Positions 1 through 14,914 of a stretch of DNA of 64,000 bases are shown piece by piece (the stretch's first letter is position 1; each line of letters opens with the position of its first letter). The stretch is from Escherichia coli (GTDB lineage: Bacteria > Pseudomonadota > Gammaproteobacteria > Enterobacterales > Enterobacteriaceae). Made by a program: the position numbers and the translations under genes. The stretch lies in the NCBI RefSeq assembly GCF_045037415.1, contig NZ_CP173438.1; one strand, written 5' to 3'. Under the pieces are notes generated by a model. The model did no database searches and had not been told where the DNA came from. It worked only from the letters and a program-made list of their open reading frames with translations.

Positions 1-245
1 AACGGCAGCAACGTTTCAATCGGATGGTTACCGGTCGAGAACAGTTTTCCGTTATCGGTCGGCAAATAACGTTCGTCCGCGGCGATCACCAGAATTTTAT
101 GTTTACCGCGATACGGTTTTGGATAGTCCACGCCATCAAGATCAGAGACGGGACTCGTATATTGGCTAAGCGAATATTCTGAAGGGAAGAACGCATTATC
201 TTCAGCAATATCGACCTGCGGGTTTTTACTTGTTTGAACAGTCAT
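1..245 (-). CDS. hchA: Hsp31 glyoxalase/chaperone HchA, 5' part only (gene continues beyond window start)
   Basis: Minus-strand ORF with ATG at 243-245; N-terminus [38 protein letters not shown] recognised as HchA. Confidence 0.85.
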   Translation of the reverse strand, partial: MTVQTSKNPQVDIAEDNAFFPSEYSLSQYTSPVSDLDGVDYPKPYRGKHKILVIAADERYLPTDNGKLFSTGNHPIETLLP

Positions 246-837
246 AGTGTATTCCTTATTGTTGCTTAGTTAGGGTAGTCACTATATTTGCGACTGAGCT
301 GGTCGCTATTTTTAACCAGGCTGAAAAATTGAGTCAATATATCGAAAGCGGTAGTTGGCGGGCATAAGTATGTAATGATGATGCTGCACTGGTGTTGAAT
401 ATTATTCACGCCAAACTTTCCTTATTGAGTAACGTCGTCGCAAGTGGCCTCAATGATTTTAGACCATTATCAGAGGTTTGGGGGCGATGGGGAGAGATTT
501 AGTGCTGTGGAATGTTGTGGTACTGATGAATATTTATATCCCGGATTGGTAGGGAAAAAGTTTTTTTCATGCACTATTTTTGCAAATATTTCTATATGGG
601 AAGCGGTTTTGTTGCGGATTAATTCATAAAGAAATGCATTTGGGTGTTGGCTGGAAGAGACGCTGGTAGATTTTATTGAGCCAGGAGGGGCGGGGTAATG
701 TGCTGTATCGATATGCTTTGGCAATTGCGTGTGCCGCAGATGGAGATGAAATGCCAATAAAAAAGCCTGAGTTCGATGAGGGACGAACTCAGGCTGGTGT
801 TATGTTTTACAGTAACACGCCTCGGCGCGTTGGCTGA

Positions 838-1953
838 TTAGAACTGGTAGACGATACCAACTGCAAACTGGTCATCAGCTGCTGCGCCAGTAATGGCGGC
901 GTCATCTTTATCCAGCATGTTGAATTTGTATGCAGTATAAACGTTCATGTTCTTATTGAAGTAGTACCAGGTACCAACTTCAATGTAGTTCACACGGTCA
1001 GCGTCAACATATCTATGTCCAGGTACACCTTTGATATCTTTACCTTTAGAGTACACATAACCTAAGGACGGACGCAGACCAAAGTCGAATTGGTACTGAA
1101 CAACCGCTTCAAAGTTCTGGGTTTCATTGATAAGTTGATCACGCATTATTGTATTGCCTTCTTGATCGGCAACACCTGTATCAATAGAACCCGGAGTCAT
1201 ATTACGAGTTTCACCGTACATTACAGCTGCGTAGACATTGTTCGCGTCATACTTTGCAGCCAATGACCACAGTTCAGCATTTGAACCGTTTCCATCGGCA
1301 ACTTGATCGTTGGTGCGATCAGATTTGCTATATGCACCAACGATACCAAAACCATTGATGTTATAGTCTACAGACAACGCATAGCCGTCACCATTTTGTT
1401 TCTTAGTGCTACGGTTGCTGTTTTTGCCTTGGTACTGAATCGCAAAATCAAGACCATCAACCAGGCCAAAGAAATCAGAGTTACGGTAGGTTGCAACACC
1501 GTTGGTACGACCGTTCATGAAGTTGTCAGCGGAAGCCCAGGAATCGCCACCCCATTCAACTAACATATCGGTATAAGCTGCGGCATCATAAGCAACACCG
1601 TAGTTACGGCCATAGTCAAATGATCCTAACTCGTTATATTTCAAACCGGCGAAGGTTAAACGGGTTTTTTCTTGGTTTTCACCTTCAGGCTTGCTGGCGT
1701 CGAGGTTGTATTCAAACTGACCGAAACCAGTCAGTTCGCTGGTGATTTGGGTTTCACCTTTAACACCGAAACGAGCATAGGAGGTATCTTCGTTTTCGCT
1801 GTTATTATCATCAGTATTTGACCAGATGCGTTCGCCAACCATCTTGCCGTAAAAATCAACTTTATTGCCATTTTTATTATAAATTTCAGCCGCATTTGCT
1901 GCGCCAGCAACTAATAACGCCGGGACCAGCATTGCCAGAACTTTTCTTTTCAT
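838..1953 (-). CDS. yedS: OmpC/OmpF-family outer membrane porin, intact
   Basis: Signal peptide [21 protein letters not shown], porin-like beta-strand sequence and C-terminal ...AVGIVYQF; sits between hchA and yedR. ORF track start 2022 trimmed to the MKRK ATG. Confidence 0.85.
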   Translation of the reverse strand: MKRKVLAMLVPALLVAGAANAAEIYNKNGNKVDFYGKMVGERIWSNTDDNNSENEDTSYARFGVKGETQITSELTGFGQFEYNLDASKPEGENQEKTRLTFAGLKYNELGSFDYGRNYGVAYDAAAYTDMLVEWGGDSWASADNFMNGRTNGVATYRNSDFFGLVDGLDFAIQYQGKNSNRSTKKQNGDGYALSVDYNINGFGIVGAYSKSDRTNDQVADGNGSNAELWSLAAKYDANNVYAAVMYGETRNMTPGSIDTGVADQEGNTIMRDQLINETQNFEAVVQYQFDFGLRPSLGYVYSKGKDIKGVPGHRYVDADRVNYIEVGTWYYFNKNMNVYTAYKFNMLDKDDAAITGAAADDQFAVGIVYQF

Positions 1954-2262
1954 TATGTATTCCCTTGTGATTATAATCTTCATGAATATATCAATAAGTG
2001 CTGTTATCCAAAAAAAGCACATTTGGATACTATTCTATGAAGTTCATTTTATTTTAAAGATTACATGTAACAAATGTATTTAAAAGATTTCAAAATGTTT
2101 CTAATCTATTTAATATAATTCATAGTTATGAATTCTGAATATAAATATTCACGAATATTATGGATATATATCAATATGTTATGAGTTGATCGAAAAAATA
2201 GGGAGTATCAATGATTGTTGCGCTAAACGGCTGGTGTGATCTCGCGCACATTAATGAAGGCA

Positions 2263-2288
2263 TAAAAAAAAGCCGGCATCATGCCGGC
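2263..2288 (-). terminator. Rho-independent terminator (minus strand)
   Basis: GCCGGCATGATGCCGGC hairpin followed by an 8-nt U-run when read on the minus strand; no protein gene lies upstream of it. Confidence 0.55.
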
Positions 2289-2360
2289 CCAAAAAATATA
2301 AACAAGACGATAAAAGGCTAATAACGGAGGCATGATGACACAGAAAAATAAAAAGGTATA
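2263..2360 (-). ncRNA. Candidate small RNA ending at the orphan terminator (position matches the RseX locus between yedS and yedR)
   Basis: Orphan minus-strand terminator in the yedS-yedR intergenic region; 5' end not determinable from sequence. Confidence 0.3.
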
Positions 2361-2500
2361 ATTGTAATCAGTACCAATATATTGATTGAATGAATTAATA
2401 AAGCCGAAATCAAAGATAAATAACATCGTTCAAATCGATTTTTCCTGTATTCACCGCCGTTGCGCAAAATTTATCTATTTGTTCAAAAAATGATTGAGTC

Positions 2501-2884
2501 TTGACTGGCTCATCCAATGTGGAAAAATGTGACTTTTATCACATAATAGTTCTAAGTCTGAATTTTCCGGGTTATCTCAAAATGGAATACGGTTCGACAA
2601 AGATGGAAGAGAGACTCTCTCGCAGCCCTGGCGGCAAATTGGCTTTGTGGGCTTTCTATACATGGTGTGGCTATTTCGTCTGGGCAATGGCGCGATACAT
2701 CTGGGTGATGAGCCGGATCCCCGATGCCCCCGTGTCGGGATTTGAAAGTGATTTAGGATCTACCGCGGGGAAGTGGTTAGGAGCATTGGTCGGATTTCTG
2801 TTTATGGCCCTGGTTGGTGCCTTGTTAGGCGGCATTGCATGGTACACCCGACCTCGTCCCGCACGTTGCAGACGCTATGAATAA
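2501..2884 (+). CDS. yedR: Inner membrane protein YedR
   Basis: Two hydrophobic segments; conserved position before yedJ-dcm. True start may be the internal MEYGST methionine near 2582. Confidence 0.7.
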   Translation: MTGSSNVEKCDFYHIIVLSLNFPGYLKMEYGSTKMEERLSRSPGGKLALWAFYTWCGYFVWAMARYIWVMSRIPDAPVSGFESDLGSTAGKWLGALVGFLFMALVGALLGGIAWYTRPRPARCRRYE

Positions 2885-2923
2885 AAACTGCTAAGGTTGC
2901 GACTCTTTGGCAACGGAGCGCGT

Positions 2924-3619
2924 ATGGAGTTACAACACTGGCAGGCACAGTTCGATAACTGGTTGAAAAACCATCATCAACATCAGGACGCGGCGCATGA
3001 CTTGTGTCATTTTCGCCGTGTCTGGGCTACGGCACAGAAACTGGCGGCAGATGACGATGTCGATATGCTGGTGATTTTAACCGCCTGTTATTTTCACGAT
3101 ATCGTGACCCTGGCGAAAAATCATCCGCAACGGCAGCGTTCTTCAATCCTGGCGGCAGAAGAGACGCGTCGCCTGCTCCGTGAAGAGTTCGCGCAATTTC
3201 CGGCGGAGAAAATTGAGGCCGTTTGTCATGCCATTGCCGCTCACAGTTTCAGCGCGCAAATCGCCCCCTTAACAACGGAAGCTAAAATCGTCCAGGATGC
3301 GGATCGGCTGGAAGCCCTGGGGGCGATTGGCCTGGCGCGCGTATTTGCCGTTTCAGGGGCATTGGGCTTGGCGCTGTTTGATGGCGAAGATCCGTTCGCA
3401 CAGCATCGCCCGCTTGATGATAAACGCTACGCGCTGGATCATTTCCAGACAAAGTTACTGAAATTACCGCAAACCATGCAAACCGCAAGAGGCAAGCAGC
3501 TGGCACAGCACAACGCGCAATTTTTAGTCGAGTTTATGGCGAAGCTCGGTGCCGAACTGGCGGGGGAGAATGAAGGTATCGATCACAAGGTGATAGATGC
3601 GTTTTCACCCGCTGGCTGA
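2924..3619 (+). CDS. yedJ: HD-domain phosphohydrolase YedJ
   Basis: HD motif (CYFHDI); start set at [10 protein letters not shown]. Confidence 0.85.
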   Translation: MELQHWQAQFDNWLKNHHQHQDAAHDLCHFRRVWATAQKLAADDDVDMLVILTACYFHDIVTLAKNHPQRQRSSILAAEETRRLLREEFAQFPAEKIEAVCHAIAAHSFSAQIAPLTTEAKIVQDADRLEALGAIGLARVFAVSGALGLALFDGEDPFAQHRPLDDKRYALDHFQTKLLKLPQTMQTARGKQLAQHNAQFLVEFMAKLGAELAGENEGIDHKVIDAFSPAG

Positions 3620-3685
3620 GCGCGTGGCCCTAAACGGCAGTAATTATGTTAACCTGTCGGCCATCTCAGATGGCCGGTTAAATCT

Positions 3686-5104
3686 ATGCAGGAAAATATA
3701 TCAGTAACCGATTCATACAGCACCGGGAATGCCGCACAGGCAATGCTGGAGAAACTGCTGCAAATTTATGATGTTAAAACGCTGGTGGCGCAGCTTAATG
3801 GTGTGGGTGAGAATCACTGGAGCGCGGCAATTTTAAAACGTGCGCTGGCGAATGACTCGGCATGGCACCGTTTAAGTGAGAAAGAGTTTGCCCATCTGCA
3901 AACGTTGTTACCCAAACCACCGGAACATCATCCGCATTATGCGTTTCGCTTTATCGATCTATTTGCCGGAATTGGCGGCATCCGTCGCGGTTTTGAATCG
4001 ATTGGCGGACAGTGCGTGTTTACCAGCGAATGGAACAAACATGCTGTACGCACTTATAAAGCCAACCATTATTGCGACCCGGCGACGCATCATTTTAATG
4101 AAGATATCCGCGACATCACCCTCAGTCATCAAGAAGGCGTGAGTGATGAGGCGGCGGCGGAACATATTCGTCAACACATTCCTGAACACGATGTTTTACT
4201 GGCCGGTTTCCCTTGTCAGCCATTTTCGCTGGCTGGCGTATCGAAAAAGAACTCGCTCGGGCGGGCGCACGGTTTTGCCTGCGATACCCAGGGTACGCTG
4301 TTCTTTGATGTGGTGCGCATTATCGACGCGCGTCGTCCGGCGATGTTTGTGCTCGAAAATGTCAAAAACCTGAAGAGTCACGATAAGGGAAAAACGTTCC
4401 GCATCATCATGCAGACGCTGGACGAACTGGGCTATGACGTTGCCGACGCAGCAGATAACGGGCCGGACGATCCGAAAATCATCGACGGTAAACATTTCCT
4501 GCCGCAGCACCGTGAACGCATCGTGCTGGTGGGTTTTCGTCGCGATCTGAATCTGAAAGCCGATTTTACTCTGCGTGATATCAGCGAATGTTTCCCTGCA
4601 CAGCGAGTGACGCTGGCGCAGCTGCTGGACCCGATGGTTGAGGCGAAATATATCCTGACGCCGGTGCTGTGGAAGTACCTCTATCGATATGCGAAAAAAC
4701 ATCAGGCGCGCGGTAACGGCTTCGGTTATGGAATGGTTTATCCGAACAATCCGCAAAGCGTCACCCGTACGCTGTCTGCTCGTTATTACAAGGATGGCGC
4801 GGAAATTTTAATCGACCGCGGCTGGGATATGGCCACGGGTGAGAAAGACTTTGACGATCCGCTGAATCAGCAACATCGTCCACGTCGGTTAACACCTCGT
4901 GAATGCGCGCGCTTAATGGGTTTTGAAGCGCCGGGAGAAGCGAAATTCCGCATTCCGGTTTCGGACACTCAGGCCTATCGCCAGTTCGGTAACTCGGTGG
5001 TCGTGCCGGTCTTTGCCGCGGTGGCAAAACTGCTTGAGCCAAAAATCAAACAGGCGGTGGCGTTGCGTCAGCAAGAGGCACAACATGGTCGACGTTCACG
5101 ATAA
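3686..5104 (+). CDS. dcm: DNA-cytosine C5 methyltransferase Dcm
   Basis: C5-MTase motifs [11 protein letters not shown] and PCQPFS (catalytic Cys), ENV motif; 472 aa. Confidence 0.95.
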   Translation: MQENISVTDSYSTGNAAQAMLEKLLQIYDVKTLVAQLNGVGENHWSAAILKRALANDSAWHRLSEKEFAHLQTLLPKPPEHHPHYAFRFIDLFAGIGGIRRGFESIGGQCVFTSEWNKHAVRTYKANHYCDPATHHFNEDIRDITLSHQEGVSDEAAAEHIRQHIPEHDVLLAGFPCQPFSLAGVSKKNSLGRAHGFACDTQGTLFFDVVRIIDARRPAMFVLENVKNLKSHDKGKTFRIIMQTLDELGYDVADAADNGPDDPKIIDGKHFLPQHRERIVLVGFRRDLNLKADFTLRDISECFPAQRVTLAQLLDPMVEAKYILTPVLWKYLYRYAKKHQARGNGFGYGMVYPNNPQSVTRTLSARYYKDGAEILIDRGWDMATGEKDFDDPLNQQHRPRRLTPRECARLMGFEAPGEAKFRIPVSDTQAYRQFGNSVVVPVFAAVAKLLEPKIKQAVALRQQEAQHGRRSR

Positions 5105-5555
5105 GGCCACCCGCAGCAAAAATATGCGCGCGATTGCCACGCGTGATACGGCGATTGAGAAGCGCCTCGCCAGTTTGTTAACCGGGCAGGGCCTTGCGTT
5201 TCGCGTTCAGGACGCCAGTCTGCCCGGACGCCCGGATTTTGTCGTTGATGAATATCGCTGCGTGATATTTACCCACGGCTGCTTCTGGCATCATCATCAC
5301 TGCTATCTGTTTAAAGTGCCTGCGACTCGAACCGAGTTCTGGCTGGAGAAGATAGGTAAAAATGTTGAACGCGATCGCCGCGATATCAGTCGCTTGCAGG
5401 AACTCGGCTGGCGCGTACTGATTGTCTGGGAGTGTGCGTTACGTGGGCGCGAGAAGCTTACGGATGCGGCGCTTACCGAGCGTCTGGAAGAGTGGATCTG
5501 CGGCGAAGGTGCCAGCGCGCAGATCGACACGCAGGGGATTCATTTACTCGCTTGA
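5085..5555 (+). CDS. vsr: Very short patch repair endonuclease Vsr
   Basis: [28 protein letters not shown]...; overlaps the dcm 3' end in another frame, the known dcm-vsr arrangement. Confidence 0.95.
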   Translation: MVDVHDKATRSKNMRAIATRDTAIEKRLASLLTGQGLAFRVQDASLPGRPDFVVDEYRCVIFTHGCFWHHHHCYLFKVPATRTEFWLEKIGKNVERDRRDISRLQELGWRVLIVWECALRGREKLTDAALTERLEEWICGEGASAQIDTQGIHLLA

Positions 5556-6464
5556 TGCATCCTGAATAACTGGCGCGACAACGGGTTTGGCCGGGAAGAG
5601 ATATTTTCCCAACGTGACCAGTACCACCGCGAAGACAATTACGCCGAGCGCCAGCCATTCAATCTTCGACAGCGTTTCGCCACCCAGTCCCGTACCCAGC
5701 AAGACCGCGACCACCGGGTTAACGTAGGCGTAGCTGGTGGCGAGAGCCGGACTGACGTTGCGGATTAAATACATATAAGCGTTAATGGCGATAATCGAAC
5801 CAAACAGCGCCAGATAGCCGACCGCAAGGAAGCCTGAAAGGGAAGGGAGCGCCGTCAGTTTTTCACCCGCAATCATCGACGCAATCATTAACACCACGCC
5901 AGCCGCCAGCATCTCAATCGCACCCGCCATCATCCCTACAGGTAAGGTAATGCGCGAGCCATAAACCGAGCCAAACGCCCAGCTAATCGAGCCGATTAAA
6001 ATCAGAATCGCGCCCCATGGATTGCCGCTTAAGTTTCCACCGCTATTGAGCATGATGATTCCGGCAAGCCCAATGGCGATACCCACCCATTCCAGTTTGC
6101 GCGTTTTAATGCCAAACAGGCGGCTGAAGCACAGGGTAAAAAGGGGCACGGTTGCAACCACTACGGCGGCGATGCCGGAAGGAACATTTTGATGTTCGGC
6201 AACCGTCACCATGCCATTACCGACAGCCAGCAATAACAGGCCAATCAGCGCGGCATTGAGCAGCGGACGTAGCGGGGGAAGTTTGTGTCCGCGCAGTAGC
6301 AAAAATGCCAGCAATAAAATACCGGCTGCCAGGAATCGAACGCCCGCCATCATTAACGGAGGCCAGCTTTCCACGCCAATCCGAATGACAAAATAGGTTG
6401 AGCCCCAAATGATATACAACGCAAACAGCGCGCCAAAAAGCGGTAACAACTGGCGGAAACGCAT
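5544..6464 (-). CDS. yedA: EamA/DMT-family transporter YedA
   Basis: About ten hydrophobic helices, 306 aa, conserved position after vsr. Confidence 0.9.
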   Translation of the reverse strand: MRFRQLLPLFGALFALYIIWGSTYFVIRIGVESWPPLMMAGVRFLAAGILLLAFLLLRGHKLPPLRPLLNAALIGLLLLAVGNGMVTVAEHQNVPSGIAAVVVATVPLFTLCFSRLFGIKTRKLEWVGIAIGLAGIIMLNSGGNLSGNPWGAILILIGSISWAFGSVYGSRITLPVGMMAGAIEMLAAGVVLMIASMIAGEKLTALPSLSGFLAVGYLALFGSIIAINAYMYLIRNVSPALATSYAYVNPVVAVLLGTGLGGETLSKIEWLALGVIVFAVVLVTLGKYLFPAKPVVAPVIQDASSE

Positions 6465-6636
6465 AATCCCTCACGGCTGAAATAAAAAGGTGGTTCATAG
6501 TAAACGTGAAAATCATTCTGCTGGCGAGAGATATAATTGCACTTGATTGTTAAATAAATGTTGACCTGTGAAGCAAGTATCAGAGCTGCCGTTTTTGCTT
6601 CATACTTACACCCTTCAACAATAAAAATGAGAGGGA

Positions 6637-7554
6637 ATGCTTTTGGCCGGGAGTAGTTTACTGACGTTGCTCGATGATATCGCCACACTGCTGGACGATA
6701 TCTCCGTGATGGGCAAACTGGCGGCGAAGAAAACCGCCGGTGTATTAGGGGATGACTTATCGCTCAATGCGCAACAAGTTTCAGGCGTGCGGGCCAACCG
6801 GGAACTTCCCGTGGTCTGGGGCGTGGCGAAAGGTTCGCTGATCAATAAAGTGATTCTGGTGCCGCTGGCGCTGATCATCAGTGCGTTTATCCCGTGGGCG
6901 ATTACGCCACTGTTGATGATTGGCGGCGCGTTTCTCTGCTTTGAAGGGGTAGAGAAAGTGCTGCATATGCTGGAGGCGCGTAAACATAAAGAAGATCCGG
7001 CGCAGAGTCAGCAGCGTCTGGAGAAGCTGGCGGCGCAGGATCCGCTGAAGTTTGAAAAGGACAAAATAAAAGGGGCGATTCGTACCGATTTTATATTGTC
7101 TGCGGAAATCGTCGCCATCACGCTGGGGATTGTGGCAGAAGCGCCGTTGCTTAATCAGGTGCTGGTGCTTTCAGGCATCGCGCTGGTAGTGACCGTGGGC
7201 GTCTACGGTCTGGTAGGGGTTATCGTTAAGATTGATGACCTGGGGTATTGGCTGGCGGAAAAATCCAGCGCGCTGATGCAGGCATTAGGTAAAGGGTTAT
7301 TGATCATTGCGCCCTGGTTGATGAAAGCGTTATCGATTGTCGGCACGCTGGCGATGTTCCTCGTCGGCGGCGGGATTGTGGTACATGGTATTGCGCCGTT
7401 GCATCACGCCATTGAACATTTCGCCGGGCAGCAAAGTGCAGTGGTGGCGATGATATTACCGACTGTTTTAAATCTGATTCTTGGATTTATCATCGGCGGC
7501 ATCGTGGTGCTGGGAGTGAAAGCCGTAGCGAAAATGCGCGGTCAGGCACATTAA
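6637..7554 (+). CDS. yedI: Inner membrane protein YedI
   Basis: 305-aa membrane protein in conserved context. Confidence 0.85.
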   Translation: MLLAGSSLLTLLDDIATLLDDISVMGKLAAKKTAGVLGDDLSLNAQQVSGVRANRELPVVWGVAKGSLINKVILVPLALIISAFIPWAITPLLMIGGAFLCFEGVEKVLHMLEARKHKEDPAQSQQRLEKLAAQDPLKFEKDKIKGAIRTDFILSAEIVAITLGIVAEAPLLNQVLVLSGIALVVTVGVYGLVGVIVKIDDLGYWLAEKSSALMQALGKGLLIIAPWLMKALSIVGTLAMFLVGGGIVVHGIAPLHHAIEHFAGQQSAVVAMILPTVLNLILGFIIGGIVVLGVKAVAKMRGQAH

Positions 7555-7632
7555 TACTCGCACAGGCTATTATGCAAAATTCGCCATCTTCAACTAAGGT
7601 GAACAAGTTTCACTCGAAAAAAGGAGGCGAGT

Positions 7633-7815
7633 ATGAGCTTTATGGTTAGTGAGGAAGTTACGGTTAAAGAGGGCGGCCCGCGGATGATTGTCACTGGATA
7701 CTCCAGCGGTATGGTTGAGTGTCGTTGGTATGACGGGTACGGGGTCAAGCGGGAAGCTTTTCATGAAACCGAGCTTGTTCCGGGGGAGGGGAGTCGTTCT
7801 GCGGAAGAAGTTTGA
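7633..7815 (+). CDS. yodC: Small protein YodC
   Basis: 60-aa ORF with RBS AAGGAGG upstream. Confidence 0.7.
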   Translation: MSFMVSEEVTVKEGGPRMIVTGYSSGMVECRWYDGYGVKREAFHETELVPGEGSRSAEEV

Positions 7816-7985
7816 AAGGGTATCATTAACACCAGGCCGGATCACATCCGGCCTGGTGTCCCAATGCCTGCAATGAATGATAGTCGCGTCTTATCATGCC
7901 ACCATTATAAAATTATCGCTGTTTTGCGGTACGCTATCGCCGGGTTATGCCAGAATCATAAAAAAGCAGGTTGGGAGTCGTCAGG

Positions 7986-10603
<2,618 letters not shown>

Positions 10604-10687
10604 TCACATTTCTATTCATAAGTAGCGTTAATCATTCATAGCGCGAATATTTTCTTGTCAGCGAAAAAAATTGCAGATAAGGTGATG

Positions 10688-10774
10688 AACACATCAGATT
10701 TCCTGGTGTAACGAATTTTTTAAGTGCTTCTTGCTTAAGCAAGTTTCATCCCGACCCCCTCAGGGTCGGGATTT
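10688..10774 (+). ncRNA. dsrA: DsrA small regulatory RNA
   Basis: AACACATCAGATTTCCTGGTGTAACGAATTTTTTAAGTGCTTCTTGCTTAAGCAAGTTTCATCCCGACCCCCTCAGGGTCGGGATTT recognised as DsrA, including its terminal hairpin and U-run. Confidence 0.85.
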
Positions 10775-10787
10775 TTTTATTGTGCAT

Positions 10788-11015
10788 TCAACGATTCACT
10801 TCAGAGACGCTGAAGTCATGAATATCCAGTTCGAAGGCATCCGCCAATTCACGCCATGTATGATATTCACGTCCATCGACGCTAACGTGTTCAGAATCGT
10901 TCTGGCTGCGATGAACTTCGCTTTCGCTAATTTCATTGATCGCCGCCAGCAGGGCATCGACATCGACGCTGACCTCACGTTTTGCGGTATCGCTGTACTC
11001 TTTTGCGGTTTTCAT
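10788..11015 (-). CDS. yodD: Stress-induced small protein YodD
   Basis: MKTAKEYSDTAKREVSVDVDALLAAINEISESEVHRSQND...; between dsrA and dsrB. Confidence 0.75.
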   Translation of the reverse strand: MKTAKEYSDTAKREVSVDVDALLAAINEISESEVHRSQNDSEHVSVDGREYHTWRELADAFELDIHDFSVSEVNR

Positions 11016-11087
11016 CATCTTTCCTCGCAACCGTTACTCTGTTGTTGCCGCCAGTCGTTAAGTCCGCCTGGCATCTCTTAAGTATAG

Positions 11088-11366
<279 letters not shown>

Positions 11367-11409
11367 TCTTATTCAGCCTGACTGGTGGGAAACCACCAGT
11401 CAGAATGTG

Positions 11410-12033
11410 TTAGCGCATGTTGACAAAAATACCATTAGTCACATTATCCGTCAGTCGGACGACATGGTAGATAACCTGTTTATTATGCGTTTTGATCTTA
11501 CGTTTAATATTACCTTTATGCGATGAAACGGTCTTGGCTTTGATATTCATTTGGTCGGAGATTTGAATGGTTCCCTGACCTGCCATCCACATTCGCAACA
11601 TACTCGATTCGGTTCGGCTCAATGATAAAGTCGGCATATTTAAAAACGAGGTTATCGTTGTATCTTTTTTCAGAATATCGCCAAGGATATCGTCGAGAGA
11701 TTCCGGTTTAATCGATTTAGAGCTGATCAATAAATTTTTTCTGACCAATAGATATTCATCAAAATGAACATTGGCAATTGCCATAAAAACGATAAATAAC
11801 GTATTGGGATGTTGATTAATGATGTGCTTGATGCGCTGACTGTTAGAAGCATCGTGGATGAAACAGTCCTCATTAATAAACACCACTGAAGGGCGCTGTG
11901 AATCACAAGCTATGGCAAGGTCATCAACGGTTTCAATGTCGTTGATTTCTCTTTTTTTAACCCCTCTACTCAACAGATACCCGGTTAAACCTAGTCGGGT
12001 GTAACTACATAAATCCATAATAATCGTTGACAT
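11410..12033 (-). CDS. rcsA: Colanic acid capsule regulator RcsA (LuxR-type HTH)
   Basis: 207 aa, [31 protein letters not shown]..., C-terminal LuxR HTH. Confidence 0.95.
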   Translation of the reverse strand: MSTIIMDLCSYTRLGLTGYLLSRGVKKREINDIETVDDLAIACDSQRPSVVFINEDCFIHDASNSQRIKHIINQHPNTLFIVFMAIANVHFDEYLLVRKNLLISSKSIKPESLDDILGDILKKDTTITSFLNMPTLSLSRTESSMLRMWMAGQGTIQISDQMNIKAKTVSSHKGNIKRKIKTHNKQVIYHVVRLTDNVTNGIFVNMR

Positions 12034-12322
12034 GGCATACCCTCACTCAATGCGTAACGATAATTCCCCTTACCTGAATATTTCATCATGACTAAACGGA
12101 ACAACATGGGTCACCTAATGCGCCACTCTCGCAATTTTTCAGGCGGACTTACTATCCCGTAAAGTGTTGTATAATTTGCCTGGAATTGTCTTAAAGTAAA
12201 GTAAATGTTGCGATATGTGAGTGAGCTTAAAACAAATATTTCGCTACAGGAGTATCCTGGAAGATGTTCGCAGATATTATTTTTCGGATAATCCTTAGGG
12301 TAGCATGATAAACGTTACGGAA

Positions 12323-13108
12323 TTATATTAATGGTAATTCACTAATAATATCAGCCAGCAAATTAAAAATTTCACTGAATAAATGTTCGCAAAAAGGCGC
12401 AATTAACGGCATTAATGCCGCCATTAAAGAGATGCCGACAGTCAGAGTTAATGGAAATCCAATAACAAAAATGGATAATTGCGGGGCCATACGATTCAGT
12501 AAACCTAATGCCAGATTCAGGGTCAGCAACAGAGTAATGAGCGGTAACGCCAGCATCAGCCCGTTAAGGAAAATCAAACTCCCTGCTTTGGTGAGTGCCA
12601 GAAACGCATTGCTGTTCAACGGTTCGCTACCAATCGGCAGGGTGTGAAAGGTATCGACCAGCAGTGAAATCAACCATAAATGACCGTTAAATGTCAGGAA
12701 CAGCAGTAATGCCAGCATATCCATGATGCGCGCTAAAACGGGCATATTGAGATGGCTGCCAGGATCGACAAATGTCGCAAATGACAGCCCCATTTGCAGA
12801 CCGATAATTTCGCCAGCGGTTCGCACAGCGGCAAAGGCAAATTGCATGGTAAAACCAAGCGCAATGCCGATCAGGATCTGCTGCACGGCCAGCCACAGAG
12901 CAAAGAACGAAAAAACAGGAACATCGTTGGCAGGTAATGATGGGGCAATGGCGAACGTGATCATCATTGCCAGACCCAGTTTTACCCGTTTCGGCACGCT
13001 GCGTTCGCTCAGAATTGGCGCGGTAGAAATGAGCGCCAGCACGCGCAGTAACGGCCAGAAGTACAGGCTTAACCAGGAAAGCCATTGATCGCTTGTTACC
13101 TGCATCAT
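12323..13108 (-). CDS. fliR: Flagellar export apparatus protein FliR
   Basis: 261-aa polytopic membrane protein, last gene of the fliL operon. Confidence 0.95.
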   Translation of the reverse strand: MMQVTSDQWLSWLSLYFWPLLRVLALISTAPILSERSVPKRVKLGLAMMITFAIAPSLPANDVPVFSFFALWLAVQQILIGIALGFTMQFAFAAVRTAGEIIGLQMGLSFATFVDPGSHLNMPVLARIMDMLALLLFLTFNGHLWLISLLVDTFHTLPIGSEPLNSNAFLALTKAGSLIFLNGLMLALPLITLLLTLNLALGLLNRMAPQLSIFVIGFPLTLTVGISLMAALMPLIAPFCEHLFSEIFNLLADIISELPLI

Positions 13109-13116
13109 TGTACGGC

Positions 13117-13386
13117 CTACCCGATGATATACGGCAGGTTAGTGAACAAGGTGCGGACGTAATCCAGCAACAGATTGAGCATCCACGGTCCGGCAATAAT
13201 AATGGCGATAAATACGGCGATGATTTTTGGAATAAACGACAGCGTCATTTCGTTGATCTGCGTGGCGGCCTGCAAAATACTGATGATAAGACCCGTGACC
13301 AGCGCCACCAGCAACAGTGGGGCAGCCAGTGCCAGCGCGACTTTCATCGCTTCAGTCCCCATCATCATGACCGATTCAGGTGTCAT
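13117..13386 (-). CDS. fliQ: Flagellar export apparatus protein FliQ
   Basis: 89-aa two-TM protein. Confidence 0.95.
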   Translation of the reverse strand: MTPESVMMMGTEAMKVALALAAPLLLVALVTGLIISILQAATQINEMTLSFIPKIIAVFIAIIIAGPWMLNLLLDYVRTLFTNLPYIIG

Positions 13387-13395
13387 TTTGCCTCT

Positions 13396-14133
13396 CTAGC
13401 TGTAAAAGCTCTGCGCCAGCGAACCGACCAGCAATTGCCAGCCATCCACCAGTACAAACAGCATCAGTTTAAAGGGCAGAGCAATGGTGGCTGGGGGAAC
13501 CATCATCATCCCCAATGCCATCAACACGCTGGCAATCACCAGGTCGATAATCAAAAAAGGGATGAAAATCGTGAAGCCTATCTGAAATGCGGTTTTCAAC
13601 TCGCTGGTCACGTAGGCCGGGAGCAAAATGCGCATCGGCACAGCTTCAGGCCCCTGCAACGGGCCGGTATTCGCCAGTCTGGCAAACAACCCTAAATCCG
13701 CCTCGCGGGTCTGACGCAGCATAAACTCACGCAGCGGCTGCGCCCCTTTTTCCAGCGCCTCCTGCATTGAGATTTTCTCTTCGCTGAATGGCTGGTACGC
13801 ATCGACATAAATTTTGTCGATCACTGGCGACATAATAAAAAAGGTCAAAAACAGTGCCAGTCCCAGCAATACCTGGTTAGGTGGCGCGGAGGGCGTTCCC
13901 AGCGCGTTACGCAATAAACCAAAAACAATAATGATGCGGGTGAAACTGGTCATCATCAGTAAAATCGCTGGAATGAACGTCAACGAGGTGATGAACACCA
14001 GCGTCTGCACCGGGAGCGACCAGCTTTGTCCACCGCCAGGTAGCGGCTGGCTGGTGATACCCGGCAGTTGCGCGAAGGCGAGGGGCGTAATCAGCCAGAG
14101 AAGGACCGGTGCGACAGAAAACAAACGACGCAT
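13396..14133 (-). CDS. fliP: Flagellar export apparatus protein FliP
   Basis: 245 aa with signal peptide and conserved FliP sequence. Confidence 0.95.
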   Translation of the reverse strand: MRRLFSVAPVLLWLITPLAFAQLPGITSQPLPGGGQSWSLPVQTLVFITSLTFIPAILLMMTSFTRIIIVFGLLRNALGTPSAPPNQVLLGLALFLTFFIMSPVIDKIYVDAYQPFSEEKISMQEALEKGAQPLREFMLRQTREADLGLFARLANTGPLQGPEAVPMRILLPAYVTSELKTAFQIGFTIFIPFLIIDLVIASVLMALGMMMVPPATIALPFKLMLFVLVDGWQLLVGSLAQSFYS

Positions 14134-14501
14134 CAGGATCTCCCGCCACGCTTAAGCAAATTTTTCATGACCGACTGAAAATCGGTCTGCGGTATCTCCT
14201 CCGTTGGTGCTGAAGGGGGAAGTTTATGTAGCAGATTGATTTGCCCTGCGGTAACGCCGAGCACCAGCCGTGCATCTTCCACATCGACCACCACGACCCG
14301 TTCACGCGCGCCCAGCGAAGCACTGGCGCTAATTTTCAGACCGTTAACGCCAGTGCGTTTAGGGGCAAATCCCAGCCGTTTTACCAGCCAGGCGGCAGCG
14401 AGGATCAGGGCAATAATGGCGATGAGTGCGCCGCTCACCTGCAGCAGTGGCGCAGCAGAAACCGGCGCGGAAGATTGCACAGTAGCATGGTTATTCATCA
14501 C
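14133..14501 (-). CDS. fliO: Flagellar protein FliO
   Basis: 122-aa single-TM protein between fliN and fliP. Confidence 0.9.
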   Translation of the reverse strand: MMNNHATVQSSAPVSAAPLLQVSGALIAIIALILAAAWLVKRLGFAPKRTGVNGLKISASASLGARERVVVVDVEDARLVLGVTAGQINLLHKLPPSAPTEEIPQTDFQSVMKNLLKRGGRS

Positions 14502-14914
14502 TAACGGCTCAGGCGGCGCATCCGCTCGGACGGGGTAATGATATCGGTGATCCGCACGCCATATTTATCGGCAACAACCACCACTTCGCCCTGGGCGATT
14601 AAATAACCGTTGATCAGAATATCCAGCGGTTCGCCCGCCAGACCGTCCAGCGCCACGACTGATCCTTGCGTCAGACGCAACAGCTCTTTGATGGTCATCC
14701 GCGTACGGCCCAGCTCGACGGTCAGCTTGACCGGAATATCCATAATCAGGTCGATATCCTGCAACGTTCCGCTGACATCTCCGCCGCCAAATTGCTGGAA
14801 CATTGCGTCGGCAGCGCTTTTTCCGCTGGTTGATTTTTGCTCGCTCAACGCTTCAGCCCACATATCGTCCATTGCGCCGTTGTTGTCATCGGCCGGATTA
14901 TTCATGTCACTCAT
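14501..14914 (-). CDS. fliN: Flagellar motor switch protein FliN
   Basis: 137 aa, C-terminal SpoA-type domain. Confidence 0.95.
   Translation of the reverse strand: MSDMNNPADDNNGAMDDMWAEALSEQKSTSGKSAADAMFQQFGGGDVSGTLQDIDLIMDIPVKLTVELGRTRMTIKELLRLTQGSVVALDGLAGEPLDILINGYLIAQGEVVVVADKYGVRITDIITPSERMRRLSR

Noticed and set aside
444-757. Two small ORFs (61 and 95 aa) in the hchA-yedS intergenic region
   Set aside because: Low-complexity translations with no RBS, in a divergent promoter region; most likely spurious.
1303-1563. 86-aa plus-strand ORF
   Set aside because: Lies entirely antisense within the yedS porin gene.
2223-2426. 67-aa minus-strand ORF
   Set aside because: Overlaps the terminator hairpin and the candidate sRNA; hydrophobic, low-complexity translation.
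7829-7859. 13-bp-stem inverted repeat after yodC (ACACCAGGCCGGA...TCCGGCCTGGTGT)
   Set aside because: No U-run on either strand, so not called as a terminator; could be a REP-like element but not verifiable here.
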